Source: an uncultured delta proteobacterium
Lineage (GTDB): Bacteria > Myxococcota_A > UBA9160 > SZUA-336
Assembly (NCBI GenBank): GCA_963704165.1
Contig: CAVPHD010000005.1
Span: forward strand, 96,001 to 160,000
Direction of reading: 5' to 3'
Length of the DNA: 64,000 nucleotides
The notes beneath the pieces were generated by a model. It did no database searches and was not told where the DNA came from. It worked only from the letters and a program-made list of their open reading frames with translations. The position numbers and the translations under genes were made by a program. Positions 1 through 9,869 of this stretch are shown here, in pieces; the stretch's first letter is position 1, and each line of letters begins with the position of its first letter.

Positions 1-25
1 CGCGCCGCGCGAGCTGGACCTACGG

Positions 26-1237
26 ATGAGAACGGCAAACCTCTCGATCGCCTTGCTTCTCGTGTGCTCGCCGCTTGTTGCGGTGTCGGCGGCCCCTTCG
101 GCGAGCGAAGGATCCGAGGTCGTCGATCTGATCCCACTGGAGCGAGCAGCCTGGACTCCGAAGAACGTATTCGTCGGCTTGGCCGGGGTCTTCGGCCGCT
201 GGAACCATTGGTACGGTGAACGCGTGATCGAGATCGAGACCGTCCCCCCGGATGCGGACCTCGGTCTCTACTACCTGCGTCAGAGCTTCCAGAAACGCTT
301 CGTGCGCACGAAAGCGCCCGCGACGGTGAGGCTTCCACCCCGTGTCGACTCCACTCCCAAGGACGCGATTCGCATCAGCGCCACCGCGAATGGCTACCTC
401 GCGAAGGAGGTCAGCTTCTCGTCCGCGGACGTGCCTTCGCGAGTGACGATCACGCTGAGTGCGCTGCCCAACTCGCTGGTGTCTCTGGGTCAGACCAGCT
501 TCGGGGGCCGTACCACGATCGTGCTGCGAACCACGGAGCAACCCGAGGTCCGTCTCAGCAAGAGCTCGCGCAGCAACGGGTTCACGATTGCGCTGACCAA
601 GACCGCGCTGAGGCTCGAGAGGACAGCGTCCGGCTCCGGTGCCCGGCTGAAGAGCATCGATGCCAATCAGATCGCCGAGGACGCCGTCGTGCGCGTCGAG
701 ACCGACGCCGCCGACGTGGAGGTCCGCTCGAAGCAGAGATTCGATCCGGTGAGCGCGCACCACGTGCTGGTCTTCGATCTCGTTCGACCGGGCACGACCG
801 CACCGTCGGATGCCGAGATCCGCGCGCACCTCCAGAGCCTCCCCTACGTGCCGAACTCGATCTGCGATGCGCGCTATGCTGAGGTACTTCGGTCGCGTCT
901 CGGTGATGCGCAGATCGCAGATGCGTTGCGCCCGACGGGGGAGATCGCGGACCTCTATCGCCGAGAGGCGATGTTGCGGCTCGGGCGCTTCCGCGAGGGA
1001 GTGGTCCGAACCGAGTCAGGTGAGACGCTGCGCACGGGGAGCTCGCTCGAGATGGCTCTGGCGCTGCAGTCTGCAGCGACCGTGGATGGCTACCTGGCGT
1101 TGCTCGGAGCGCTCGCGCGGTCGGAGTCGCGATCCGACGATGCGATGAGGAGCCTCGTAGCCCCGCAGCTCTCTGCCGCCGAGTTCGCACCGATCTACGA
1201 GGCTGCCGAGCGTATCCGCGCCAGCTGTCACCGTTAG
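26..1237 (+). CDS. Exported hypothetical protein
   Basis: 403-aa ORF with N-terminal signal-peptide-like segment (LSIALLLVCSPLVAVSA); normal protein composition; no family recognised. Confidence 0.7.
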   Translation: MRTANLSIALLLVCSPLVAVSAAPSASEGSEVVDLIPLERAAWTPKNVFVGLAGVFGRWNHWYGERVIEIETVPPDADLGLYYLRQSFQKRFVRTKAPATVRLPPRVDSTPKDAIRISATANGYLAKEVSFSSADVPSRVTITLSALPNSLVSLGQTSFGGRTTIVLRTTEQPEVRLSKSSRSNGFTIALTKTALRLERTASGSGARLKSIDANQIAEDAVVRVETDAADVEVRSKQRFDPVSAHHVLVFDLVRPGTTAPSDAEIRAHLQSLPYVPNSICDARYAEVLRSRLGDAQIADALRPTGEIADLYRREAMLRLGRFREGVVRTESGETLRTGSSLEMALALQSAATVDGYLALLGALARSESRSDDAMRSLVAPQLSAAEFAPIYEAAERIRASCHR

Positions 1238-1311
1238 GCTCGATTCGCCACTCCTTCGAACGGGCTGCGATCACCCGGATCCGCTCCTCACCCCATGAGG
1301 GGAGCCGCAAG

Positions 1312-1995
1312 GTGGACTTCGATTCGCGTTCCGAGTGGCCGCGTGAGCGTCTGGATCGTGAGGGCCCGGAGTCGCTCGCGCTCGCAGAGCTGATCGCGTT
1401 GCTGGTGCGAACGGGTGCGCGCGGGTCCACGTCGCTCCGGGTCGCGGACGCGCTGCTCGAGCGGTTCGGCTCGCTCGACGCGCTGGCGCGTGCGGGCAAC
1501 GCAGAGCTTCGCGGCGTGCCGGGAATGGGTCCCGCGAAGGTGGCATCGCTTCGCGCGGCTTTCGAAATCGGCGCCCGTCTCGCGCGAACCCCTCTCGTTC
1601 CGGGCGAGAAGATGCAGTCACCGGAGCAAGTTGCGGCGCACTTCCGTGCCCGCATGCGCCACTACCGCCAGGAGGTCTTCGTCGTCCTGCTTCTCGACAG
1701 TCGTCACCGCATGATCGGCGAGGTCGAGGTGAGCCGCGGGAGCCTGAATCAGAGTCTGGTGCACCCGCGCGAGGTCTTCGCACCCGCGCTGCGCGAGTCC
1801 GCCGCCGCGATCCTCGTACTTCACAACCACCCGAGCGGCGATCCCCAGCCGAGCCGCGAGGATCACGAGGTGACGCGTCGACTCGTGCGTGCCGGCGAGA
1901 TCCTCGGGATCCGGATGGTCGATCACTTGGTGATCGCAAACGAGGCGTTCACGAGCTTCGCGCGGATCGGGCAACTCGTGGGCTCAAGTGACTGA
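1312..1995 (+). CDS. radC: RadC family JAB-domain protein
   Basis: PRERL N-terminus, HhH segment (VPGMGPAK), VHPREVF, HNHPSGD..PSRED and DHLVI motifs; GTG start with GGAG upstream. Confidence 0.95.
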   Translation: MDFDSRSEWPRERLDREGPESLALAELIALLVRTGARGSTSLRVADALLERFGSLDALARAGNAELRGVPGMGPAKVASLRAAFEIGARLARTPLVPGEKMQSPEQVAAHFRARMRHYRQEVFVVLLLDSRHRMIGEVEVSRGSLNQSLVHPREVFAPALRESAAAILVLHNHPSGDPQPSREDHEVTRRLVRAGEILGIRMVDHLVIANEAFTSFARIGQLVGSSD

Positions 1996-2031
1996 AGTGT
2001 CCGGCCGATCGAAGTGACGTAGGTGTAGAGG

Positions 2032-2394
2032 ATGCCCATGGCACCGAAAGACCGACCCAGAGAGAGCAACCGGCGCAGATCCGAGCGCGAGGACCTGAAG
2101 GTCCGCGTCGACTACTCCGCCGTGGACGCGTTCTTCAGCGAGTTCACGACGAACGTCAATGAGGGCGGCATGTTCATCGCGACCGAGACGCCGGCGCCGC
2201 TGGACTCCGAGGTCGCACTCGAGTTCCGGCTTCCCGGTCTCGACCGACCCGTGAATGTCTCGGGTCGCGTCGCCTGGATCAGCGACGGTAAAGGCGACTC
2301 ACCCGTGGGGATGGGGATCGAATTCCACGAACTCGTCCCCGAGGTTCGCGCGACGATCAACGACCTCGTGCGAAGTCTCCGGCAGCGCCAGTAG
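2032..2394 (+). CDS. PilZ-domain protein (TIGR02266-like)
   Basis: RRxxR motif, NVNEGGMFI, GRVAW, GMGIEF. Confidence 0.88.
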   Translation: MPMAPKDRPRESNRRRSEREDLKVRVDYSAVDAFFSEFTTNVNEGGMFIATETPAPLDSEVALEFRLPGLDRPVNVSGRVAWISDGKGDSPVGMGIEFHELVPEVRATINDLVRSLRQRQ

Positions 2395-2410
2395 CCGCCA
2401 GCCCCCTTCG

Positions 2411-2851
2411 TCAGAAGGGGATCTCGTCGTCCGCACCGCTCGAAGATGGCGACGAGTCCGCGTAACCAGCGCCACTGCCACGCGCAGACGCGTCGTCGCC
2501 GAAGGACCCACCGTCGTCACCACGCCGACCGAGCATCTGCATCGTGTTCGCGACGATCTCGGTCGTGTATCGCTTGTTGCCTTCCTTGTCTTCCCATTCG
2601 CGCGTCTGCAGCCGGCCCTCGACATAGACCTGCTTGCCCTTCCGCAGGTACTCGCCGCAGATCTCCGCGAGTCGCGCCCAGGCGACGACCCGGTGCCACT
2701 CGGTTTTTTCCTGCGGCTCGCCGCTCTTGTCCTTCCACCGCTCAGACGTAGCGACGGAGAAGGTGCAGACGTGCTCACCGGACTTCGTTTGCCGGACCTC
2801 TGGGTCGCGCCCTACGTTTCCGACGATGATTACCTTGTTCACGCCAGCCAT
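2411..2851 (-). CDS. ssb: Single-stranded DNA-binding protein
   Basis: [32 protein letters not shown], acidic tail DDEIPF. Confidence 0.98.
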   Translation of the reverse strand: MAGVNKVIIVGNVGRDPEVRQTKSGEHVCTFSVATSERWKDKSGEPQEKTEWHRVVAWARLAEICGEYLRKGKQVYVEGRLQTREWEDKEGNKRYTTEIVANTMQMLGRRGDDGGSFGDDASARGSGAGYADSSPSSSGADDEIPF

Positions 2852-3086
2852 TGCGCACTCCTCTCGTACGAATCGGGGCGAGGATTCGACGACAGGCTAG
2901 CACAATGACGGTTGGGCAAGCCCGGTAGATCTTGCCTTTCTCGTCGCCGTTCCCGATCGTAGAGGTCCCCTCTGGGTTCGAGAGCGCGCTCGAGCCGTCG
3001 TCGCACTACGCGTTCGACGGATCGACGCGACGAGAGATCACGAGGACCGCGAATGAGGGGACAGCGCAACTCACGAGCGACGCAAC

Positions 3087-5375
3087 TTGGGTAGAGGCGT
3101 GAAGCGATCCGCGGCCAAACGCTCGACCAAGGCTGAACCTCGGCTGCCCGGGCGACTCGAGGCCGAGGCGGTGGCCGTGACGCTAGCTGTCCTCGCGCTG
3201 TTCACCGAGGCTGCGCTCCTCTCGTACGATCCGTCCGACCCACTGATTGCGAGCGGAGCGAGGGTCGAAAATTGGTGCGGTCCCGTCGGGGCGCTCGTGG
3301 CAGGCGGGCTGGCGGGCAGCCTGGGATTCGCCGCCCACGTACTTCCGCTCGCCGCGGGCGTCGTTGCGCTGCGCTATCTGCGCGGGCTGCCGTTGCGACC
3401 GCGCTGGATTCCCCTGGCGGGCTGGTCGCTCTGCCTGCTCAGTCTGGCGGCGGGCTTCGAAGTCCTTCACCGTGCGATCCCCGACTCGATCCCGGCGGGC
3501 GCGGGCGGGTTCCTTGGGATTGGAATCGTCGGCCCCTTGTCGCGAGCGTTCTACCTCGCGGGCTCGTCTCTCATTCTTTGGATCGCCGCGGCGCTCGGTC
3601 TACTGGCCGCGACGGGCGTATCGCTTCGAGATGCGACCCAGGGGGCGCGCCAACTCGTACGCCGAGCGGCGCGCGAATTCGGGCAGCTGGCGCGCGTGAG
3701 CGGAGTCCGCCTTCGCAGGCGCCTCGCGGCGCGTGCAGAGGCGCGAGGCGCAGAGCGCGAGGAGGCCGATCCCCCGACGCCTGGAACGCGCCAGAGCCAG
3801 AGAGCCGCGCCCCGTCTCACGCCGTCCCGAAGGGTCAAAGCGGGTGAGCCCGAGGTCGTCGAGTACCGCGTGGCCGCGCCCGCGCCGCTGCGTCAGGAGC
3901 CGTTGCCATTCGCGGACGGTCGAGCCGAGGGGCCGTACAAGCTGCCCGATCTCGATCTGCTCGCCCGCGGACCTGATTCGAGCCCGAACCTCGATCGCGA
4001 CGCGCTGATTCGCAACTCGCAGATCCTCGAGAAGAAGCTCGCCGACTTCGCCGTGCTCGGGCGCGTCGTGAAGGTGCATCCCGGTCCGGTGATCACGATG
4101 TACGAATTCGAGCCCGCGCCCGGTGTGAAGGTATCGCGCATCGTGAATCTGTCCGACGATCTCGCGCTCGCGCTGCGCGCGACCTCCGTCCGGATCGTCG
4201 CGCCGATCCCGGGGAAGAACGTCGTCGGGATCGAAGTGCCCAACGTCGAGCGAGACGTGGTGGTGATTCGCGACGTGATCGCGCACTCGTGCTTCCAGGA
4301 GGCCGAGTCGCGGATTCCGATCGCACTCGGCAAGGACATCTTCGGCAACCCCGTCACGGCCGATCTCGCTTCGACGCCGCATCTGCTCGTCGCGGGGGCC
4401 ACCGGCACGGGGAAGTCGGTGTTCCTCAACGCGCTGCTCTGCAGCATCCTCATGCGTTCGACGCCCGACGACGTCAAGCTCCTGCTCGTCGATCCGAAGA
4501 TGCTCGAGTTCTCGCTCTACCAAGGTGTTCCGCATCTGATCGCCGACGTCGTCACGAATCCGAAGCGCGCAGCCGCCGCGCTCCTCGGCGTCGTGAACAA
4601 GATGGAAGAGCGCTACCAGCTGATGGCGAAGCGCGGCGTGCGCAACATCGAGCAGTACAACAAGGCCATCGCCAAGGATCTCGCCACCCACCGGCCGAAA
4701 GCCGACGACGAAATCGTCCCGAAGAAGCTTCCGTACATCGTCGTCGTGATCGACGAGCTCGCAGATCTGATGATCGTCGCCGCGCGCGATGTCGAGGAGT
4801 CGCTGATGCGGCTCGCGCAGATGGCACGCGCCGCCGGCATCCACCTCGTGCTCGCGACGCAGCGCCCGAGCGTGGACGTGCTCACGGGGATCATCAAGGC
4901 GAACTTCCCGTCCCGAATCTCGTTCCAGGTGAGCTCGCGCACGGACTCGCGCACGGTTCTAGACGCGAATGGAGCGGAAAGACTGCTGGGCATGGGAGAC
5001 CTCCTCTACGTTCCACCCGGCAGCTCGAAGCTCGAGCGAATCCATGGGCCGTACATCTCCGAGAAGGAGGTCGAGGCCGTCACGAAGTGGGTACGCCAAC
5101 AGGGGTCTCCAGAATTCGACCCGACGCTGATTCGTCTCAGTCAGGAAAGCGAGAAGAACGAGGAGCGGGGGGAGGACCTCGATGAGCTCTTCGATCAGGC
5201 AGTCGACGTGGTCGCGCGCAACAGAATCGCGTCGATCTCGTTCGTTCAACGCAAGCTCAAGATCGGATACAACCGGTCGGCGAGGATTCTGGAGCAGATG
5301 GAGGCCGACGGCATCGTCGGGCCTCAAGAGGGAACCAAGCCCCGTGAGATCTTCGTCCGTCCGCCCGACGAGTAG
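3087..5375 (+). CDS. ftsK: DNA translocase FtsK
   Basis: N-terminal TM segments, PHLLVAGATGTGKS Walker A, VIDELADLM, ATQRPSVD, gamma domain QRKLKIGYNRSAR; start TTG 3087 or GTG 3099. Confidence 0.97.
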   Translation: MGRGVKRSAAKRSTKAEPRLPGRLEAEAVAVTLAVLALFTEAALLSYDPSDPLIASGARVENWCGPVGALVAGGLAGSLGFAAHVLPLAAGVVALRYLRGLPLRPRWIPLAGWSLCLLSLAAGFEVLHRAIPDSIPAGAGGFLGIGIVGPLSRAFYLAGSSLILWIAAALGLLAATGVSLRDATQGARQLVRRAAREFGQLARVSGVRLRRRLAARAEARGAEREEADPPTPGTRQSQRAAPRLTPSRRVKAGEPEVVEYRVAAPAPLRQEPLPFADGRAEGPYKLPDLDLLARGPDSSPNLDRDALIRNSQILEKKLADFAVLGRVVKVHPGPVITMYEFEPAPGVKVSRIVNLSDDLALALRATSVRIVAPIPGKNVVGIEVPNVERDVVVIRDVIAHSCFQEAESRIPIALGKDIFGNPVTADLASTPHLLVAGATGTGKSVFLNALLCSILMRSTPDDVKLLLVDPKMLEFSLYQGVPHLIADVVTNPKRAAAALLGVVNKMEERYQLMAKRGVRNIEQYNKAIAKDLATHRPKADDEIVPKKLPYIVVVIDELADLMIVAARDVEESLMRLAQMARAAGIHLVLATQRPSVDVLTGIIKANFPSRISFQVSSRTDSRTVLDANGAERLLGMGDLLYVPPGSSKLERIHGPYISEKEVEAVTKWVRQQGSPEFDPTLIRLSQESEKNEERGEDLDELFDQAVDVVARNRIASISFVQRKLKIGYNRSARILEQMEADGIVGPQEGTKPREIFVRPPDE

Positions 5376-6009
5376 CGCGCGCGCCCTGCTGGCGTGCCTG
5401 GTGCTCACGCTCGTCGCCGCAGAGGCGGAGGACGAAGCGGGCCGCACTCTCGATGCGGTGCAGACGCGCTACGACGCCGTCCGCGATCTGCGCGCGAGCT
5501 TCGAGCAATCGAGCTTCAGCACGGCGCTCGGTACGGAAGTCCGCTCTGGGGGCGAAGTGACCGTCGAGAGGCCCGGAAAGATGCGCTGGGAGTACGCGTC
5601 GCCCGACGGCCGCGTGATCGTCCTCGACGCGAACTCGATCCGGATCTGGAATCCCGAGGAGAACCAGCTTCAGATCGCCGCGATCTCGGTCGGCAACGTA
5701 TCCCCCACGGCACTCGGCTTTCTGCTCGGCCAGTCGGTCCTACGCGACGTGTTCGAGGCCGAGCTGATCTCGGAGCCCGCGCGCGCCGAGCGCGGGCTCC
5801 GACTCCGACCCAAGAGCGACGGCGGTTTCGAATTGCTGGAGTTGTGGGTCGACGCGAAGACCTATCAATTGCGGGAGTCCGTGGTCGTCGATCTGTTCGG
5901 GAACCGAACTCGCCTCCGACTCGACCAGATGCGCGAGAACGAAGGCGTCGGCAGCGCAGAGTTCGAGTTCTCCGCCCCCGAGGGAGCGGAGGTCATCGAT
6001 CTGCGATGA
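5344..6009 (+). CDS. lolA: Outer-membrane lipoprotein carrier LolA
   Basis: ASFEQ, RPGKMRWEY, FEFSAPEGAEVID; follows ftsK; start uncertain (GTG 5344 chosen, signal peptide follows). Confidence 0.9.
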   Translation: MRSSSVRPTSSARALLACLVLTLVAAEAEDEAGRTLDAVQTRYDAVRDLRASFEQSSFSTALGTEVRSGGEVTVERPGKMRWEYASPDGRVIVLDANSIRIWNPEENQLQIAAISVGNVSPTALGFLLGQSVLRDVFEAELISEPARAERGLRLRPKSDGGFELLELWVDAKTYQLRESVVVDLFGNRTRLRLDQMRENEGVGSAEFEFSAPEGAEVIDLR

Positions 6010-6476
6010 AGCGCGTTGTCGGTTTTGCGAATCCGAGTCCGGTGGCGCGCCATCCAAAGAGCGGCACGCCGCGACTCAGTTTGGGTGGCGAAGTCTTGAC
6101 GCCCGGGCCGTCGGCGAACCGTCGCGCCTGCGAGGGTCCGGCAGAGGCCGCTCGCCGAGCGATAAACCGTGGAGTCTCAAGGACTTTCGCCATTGGCTGC
6201 ACGCCTGGGGCCGTTGCAATGAGAAGACGTTTTGATAGACTTTTGAAGTATCCTAACTGTTCGATATATCAGGTGATTTTGGACCGAAGTCGGGTTCAGG
6301 GGTCAGTCCTTCCCGTACCGGGGCGTGTTGCTTCACCCGAGTTCCTTCATGCGAGCTGCAACGCGTCCGTGACTCCGGCGTATAAGCGCTTGAACGCTCA
6401 GGATTTTCTGTCGACACGACGCGACCTGGTGCTTTCTTCGCGCTCGCATCGGATACGAGCTTCGGCAGACTCTGCT

Positions 6477-6492
6477 TGGTATGTCGATTGCA
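6477..6492 (+). promoter_or_regulatory. Sigma-54 (-24/-12) promoter for the Pup-proteasome operon
   Basis: TGGTATG-TCGA-TTGCA matches TGGYAYR-N4-TTGCW with exact GG-N10-GC spacing; 40 nt upstream of the arc ATG, with GAGGAG RBS in between. Confidence 0.75.
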
Positions 6493-6532
6493 TTTCTCGG
6501 AGGCGCGGATCAGCGGAAGGCGAGGAGATCCA

Positions 6533-8365
6533 ATGAGCGACACGGGTTCGGGTTCCGGGAGGAGAGGGTTCGTCCGAGACGTAATGAAGCGCATCTCCGT
6601 CTCGCGCGGAGCTGATGACGACGAACGGGAGAGCCGCTTGCCTGACGACATGGATGAGATCGAGAAGGTTCGAGACTCGCTGCGCTTTCTTGGGCCGGAG
6701 TCGGCCGATCTCGCGCGTCGCGTCGAACGCGTCCTGATGGAGTACGAGATGCTCCGCCAGCGCGTCGAGCGTCAGCGGCAGCAGGTCTTCGACTCCGAGC
6801 GCCAGAACGAGAAGCTCGTCAGCGGACTGCAGGACGCAAAGCAGCAGATCGATCTGCTCAAGCAGGAGGTAGACAAGCTCTGCTCCCCGCCGAATACGTA
6901 CGGGATCTTCGAGCGCAGCAACAAGGACGGAACCTGCGAGATCAACGTCGACGGCAAGATGATGCGGGTGAACTCGCATCCGAGCATCCGCATCGAGGAG
7001 CTGATGGAAGGTCAGCTCGTCGTGTTGAATGAGGCCTTCAACATCGTCGACGCGACGACCTTCGACCCCCGCGGCGAGGTGATGACCGTTTCCGACGTTC
7101 TGGACGATGGGCGCGTGATCGTCCTCGGTCACGCCGACGAGGAGCGCGTGGTGAGCCTCTCGCAGCCGATGCGGCGCGAGAAGCTCAAGGCCGGCGACAA
7201 CCTGCTCGTCAATCCGCGCTCCGGATTCGGCGTGGAGCGTCTGCCAAAGTCCACGGTCGATCAGGTCATGCTCGAGGAAGTTCCCGACGTCACGTACGAG
7301 GACATCGGCGGACTCGGCGATCAGATCGAAGTCCTGCGCGACGCGATCGAGCTGCCGTACCTGCATGCCGACCGCTTCAAGCGCTACAGCCTCTCGCCAC
7401 CGAAGGGCATCCTCCTCTACGGACCTCCGGGGTGCGGGAAGACCATGATTGGCAAGGCGGTGGCCAACAGCCTCGCGCTTCGCATCCAGGAGCTGCGCGG
7501 CGGCGAAGCGAAGAGCTACTTCCTCAACGTGAAGGGTCCGGAGCTCCTGAACAAGTACGTCGGTGAGACGGAGCACAAGATCCGCGAAGTGTTCAAGAAC
7601 GCGCGAGAGAAGGCGGAGGAGGACGTTCCCGTCGTCATCTTCTTCGACGAGATGGATTCACTCTTCCGCATGCGTGGATCCGGGATCTCGTCTGACATGG
7701 AAGCGACGGTCGTCGCGCAGTTCCTTTCGGAGATCGACGGAATCGAGTCTCTGCGGAACGTGATCGTGATCGGTGCGAGCAATCGCCAGGATCTGATCGA
7801 TCCGGCGGTGCTTCGACCCGGTCGCCTCGACCTGAAGGTGAAGGTGCATCGACCCGAGAAGGCCGGAGCGCTGCAGATCTTCACCAAGTACCTGACGACC
7901 GATCTGCCGTTCAGCCAGGATGCGACGAACAAGTACGGACCGGATGTGAAGGCGATCGTTCACGGCATCGTCTCGGAAACCGTCGAGTCGATGTACGCGG
8001 AGAACGAGGAGAACAAGTTCCTCGAGGTCACCTACGCGAAGGGCGAGCGCGAGATCTTCTTCTTCAAGGATTTCTCGAGCGGCGCGATGCTGAAGAACAT
8101 CGTGGACCGCGCCAAGAAGAAGGCGGTGAAGCGGGCGATCACCTCCGGTGACGACGGAGTCCGCCTCTCGGACATGCTCGAATCCGTGCGCGAGGAGTTC
8201 AAGGAGAACGAGGACCTGCCGAACACGACGAACCCCGACGACTGGGCGCGGATCTCCGGGCGAAAGGGCGAGCGCATCATCAACGTGCGCACGCTGATCA
8301 CCGGCATGAACCGCTCGGAGCACCAGATCGAGAACGTCGGCGGTGGCTCGGGGCAGTATCTCTGA
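6533..8365 (+). CDS. arc: Proteasome-associated AAA+ ATPase ARC/Mpa
   Basis: N-terminal coiled coil ending PPNTYG, OB region, GPPGCGKT Walker A, NVKGPELLNKYVGETE, FFDEMD Walker B, ENEDLPNTTNPDDWARISG, C-terminal GQYL. Confidence 0.97.
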   Translation: MSDTGSGSGRRGFVRDVMKRISVSRGADDDERESRLPDDMDEIEKVRDSLRFLGPESADLARRVERVLMEYEMLRQRVERQRQQVFDSERQNEKLVSGLQDAKQQIDLLKQEVDKLCSPPNTYGIFERSNKDGTCEINVDGKMMRVNSHPSIRIEELMEGQLVVLNEAFNIVDATTFDPRGEVMTVSDVLDDGRVIVLGHADEERVVSLSQPMRREKLKAGDNLLVNPRSGFGVERLPKSTVDQVMLEEVPDVTYEDIGGLGDQIEVLRDAIELPYLHADRFKRYSLSPPKGILLYGPPGCGKTMIGKAVANSLALRIQELRGGEAKSYFLNVKGPELLNKYVGETEHKIREVFKNAREKAEEDVPVVIFFDEMDSLFRMRGSGISSDMEATVVAQFLSEIDGIESLRNVIVIGASNRQDLIDPAVLRPGRLDLKVKVHRPEKAGALQIFTKYLTTDLPFSQDATNKYGPDVKAIVHGIVSETVESMYAENEENKFLEVTYAKGEREIFFFKDFSSGAMLKNIVDRAKKKAVKRAITSGDDGVRLSDMLESVREEFKENEDLPNTTNPDDWARISGRKGERIINVRTLITGMNRSEHQIENVGGGSGQYL

Positions 8366-8366
8366 C

Positions 8367-9854
8367 ATGCCACTACCGAGCGTATTGGGCAGCGAGATCG
8401 AGTACGGGATCACCGTCCAGGGCGACCCGGACTTCGACCCGATCTCGAGCTGCGTTCTTCTGGTCAACGCGTATCAGGACAACGAGGAAGCCCGAATTCT
8501 CTGGGACTACGAGCAAGAGAACCCGCTGGCCGATGCGCGCGGCTTCCACGTCGAGGGCGAGAAGTACACGCCCAATCAGCAGGAGAACATCGCGCGCAAC
8601 AAGACGCTCCGGAACGGCGCGCGTTTCTACGTGGACCATGCGCACCCGGAGTACTCGACGCCCGAGGTCACGAACGTCCGCGACCTGATCGCGTTCGAAC
8701 GCGCCGGCGAACGTACGATGGAGGCAGCGCGGCGGGCGGCGACGGCACTGCTGCCGAGCGGCCAGACGGTGTTGATCCACAAGAACAACAGCGACCGCAA
8801 GGGAAACTCCTACGGCAATCACGAGAACTATCTGATCGAGCGCCGGACGCCGTTCCGCGAGATCGTCGAGCACATGACGCCGTTCCTGATCACGCGGAAC
8901 ATCTTCTGTGGCGCGGGCAAGGCCGGCAGCGAGAACCGCGCGCACCCGTGCGAGTATCAGATCAGCCAGCGCGCCGATTTCTTCGAGACCGAGGTCGCGC
9001 TCGACACGATGGTGAAGCGGCCGATCATCAACACGCGGGACGAACCTCACGCAGATCGCGAGAAGTACAGGCGCTTCCACGTGATCATCGGTGACTCGAA
9101 CTTGTGCGAGGTCTCGACCTATCTACGAATCGGGGTGACTGCGATCGTGCTCGGTCTCGTCGAGGACGGCGCGATTCCCAAGAGCCTCGCCGTGAACGAC
9201 CCCGTCAAGGTCGTCAAGGAAATCTCACACGACCTGGCGTGCAAGCGCGCGTACCCGATGGAGCGGGGTGGGCGCATGACCGCCGTCGAGGTTCAGAAGG
9301 AATACCTCGAGAACGCGTTGCGCTACTTCTCGTCGCGTGCGCTCGATCCGATCACGAAGGACGTCCTCGTCCGCTGGGAGCGAGTGCTGTCGCAGATCGC
9401 CGAAGACCCGTTCCAACTCGATCGCGAGGTCGATTGGGTGATCAAGCACAAGCTGATCAAGACCTACATGGGACGCCACGGCGTGGATTGGCACCATCCG
9501 CAGGTACACATGCTCGACCTGCAGTACCACGACGTGCGACCGGACAAGGGCCTCTACCACGTGCTCGAGCGACGCGGAGAAGTCGATCGCATCGTCGAGC
9601 CCGAGGCGATCGAGCGCGCTGTTCGAACGCCGCCGAGCGACACTCGCGCCTACTTCCGCGGCGAGTGCATCCGGCGCTACCCTGAACAGGTGTTCGGCGT
9701 GAACTGGGATTCGATATCGTTCAACGTGGGTGATGAGCCGATCAAGCGAATCCTCATGAACGAACCGCTCAAAGGCACGCGAGCGCACGTGGAAGAGCTG
9801 TTCGAGTCCAGTCCCACGGCCCAGGATCTTGTTCGCAATCTCACGGCGTCGTGA
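8367..9854 (+). CDS. dop: Depupylase/deamidase Dop
   Basis: GSEIEYGI, Dop-loop WDYEQENPLADARGF, RFYVDHAHPEYSTPE, SYGNHENY, NTRDEPHAD, Dop-type C-terminus EPLKGTRAHV. Confidence 0.93.
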   Translation: MPLPSVLGSEIEYGITVQGDPDFDPISSCVLLVNAYQDNEEARILWDYEQENPLADARGFHVEGEKYTPNQQENIARNKTLRNGARFYVDHAHPEYSTPEVTNVRDLIAFERAGERTMEAARRAATALLPSGQTVLIHKNNSDRKGNSYGNHENYLIERRTPFREIVEHMTPFLITRNIFCGAGKAGSENRAHPCEYQISQRADFFETEVALDTMVKRPIINTRDEPHADREKYRRFHVIIGDSNLCEVSTYLRIGVTAIVLGLVEDGAIPKSLAVNDPVKVVKEISHDLACKRAYPMERGGRMTAVEVQKEYLENALRYFSSRALDPITKDVLVRWERVLSQIAEDPFQLDREVDWVIKHKLIKTYMGRHGVDWHHPQVHMLDLQYHDVRPDKGLYHVLERRGEVDRIVEPEAIERAVRTPPSDTRAYFRGECIRRYPEQVFGVNWDSISFNVGDEPIKRILMNEPLKGTRAHVEELFESSPTAQDLVRNLTAS

Positions 9855-9869
9855 GCTAGGGAGAGAGGC

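Noticed and set aside
1312..1995. JAB-domain RadC as a de-conjugating partner of the proteasome operon
   Set aside because: RadC is widespread, is separated by ssb/ftsK/lolA, and Dop already supplies depupylation
2915..2936. GGCAAG-N10-CTTGCC dyad between divergent ssb and ftsK
   Set aside because: Only 6-bp arms and no second copy noticed; cannot be separated from chance
6557..6580. GRRGFVR in ARC as a Tat signal
   Set aside because: No hydrophobic h-region follows, and the protein is a cytoplasmic ATPase
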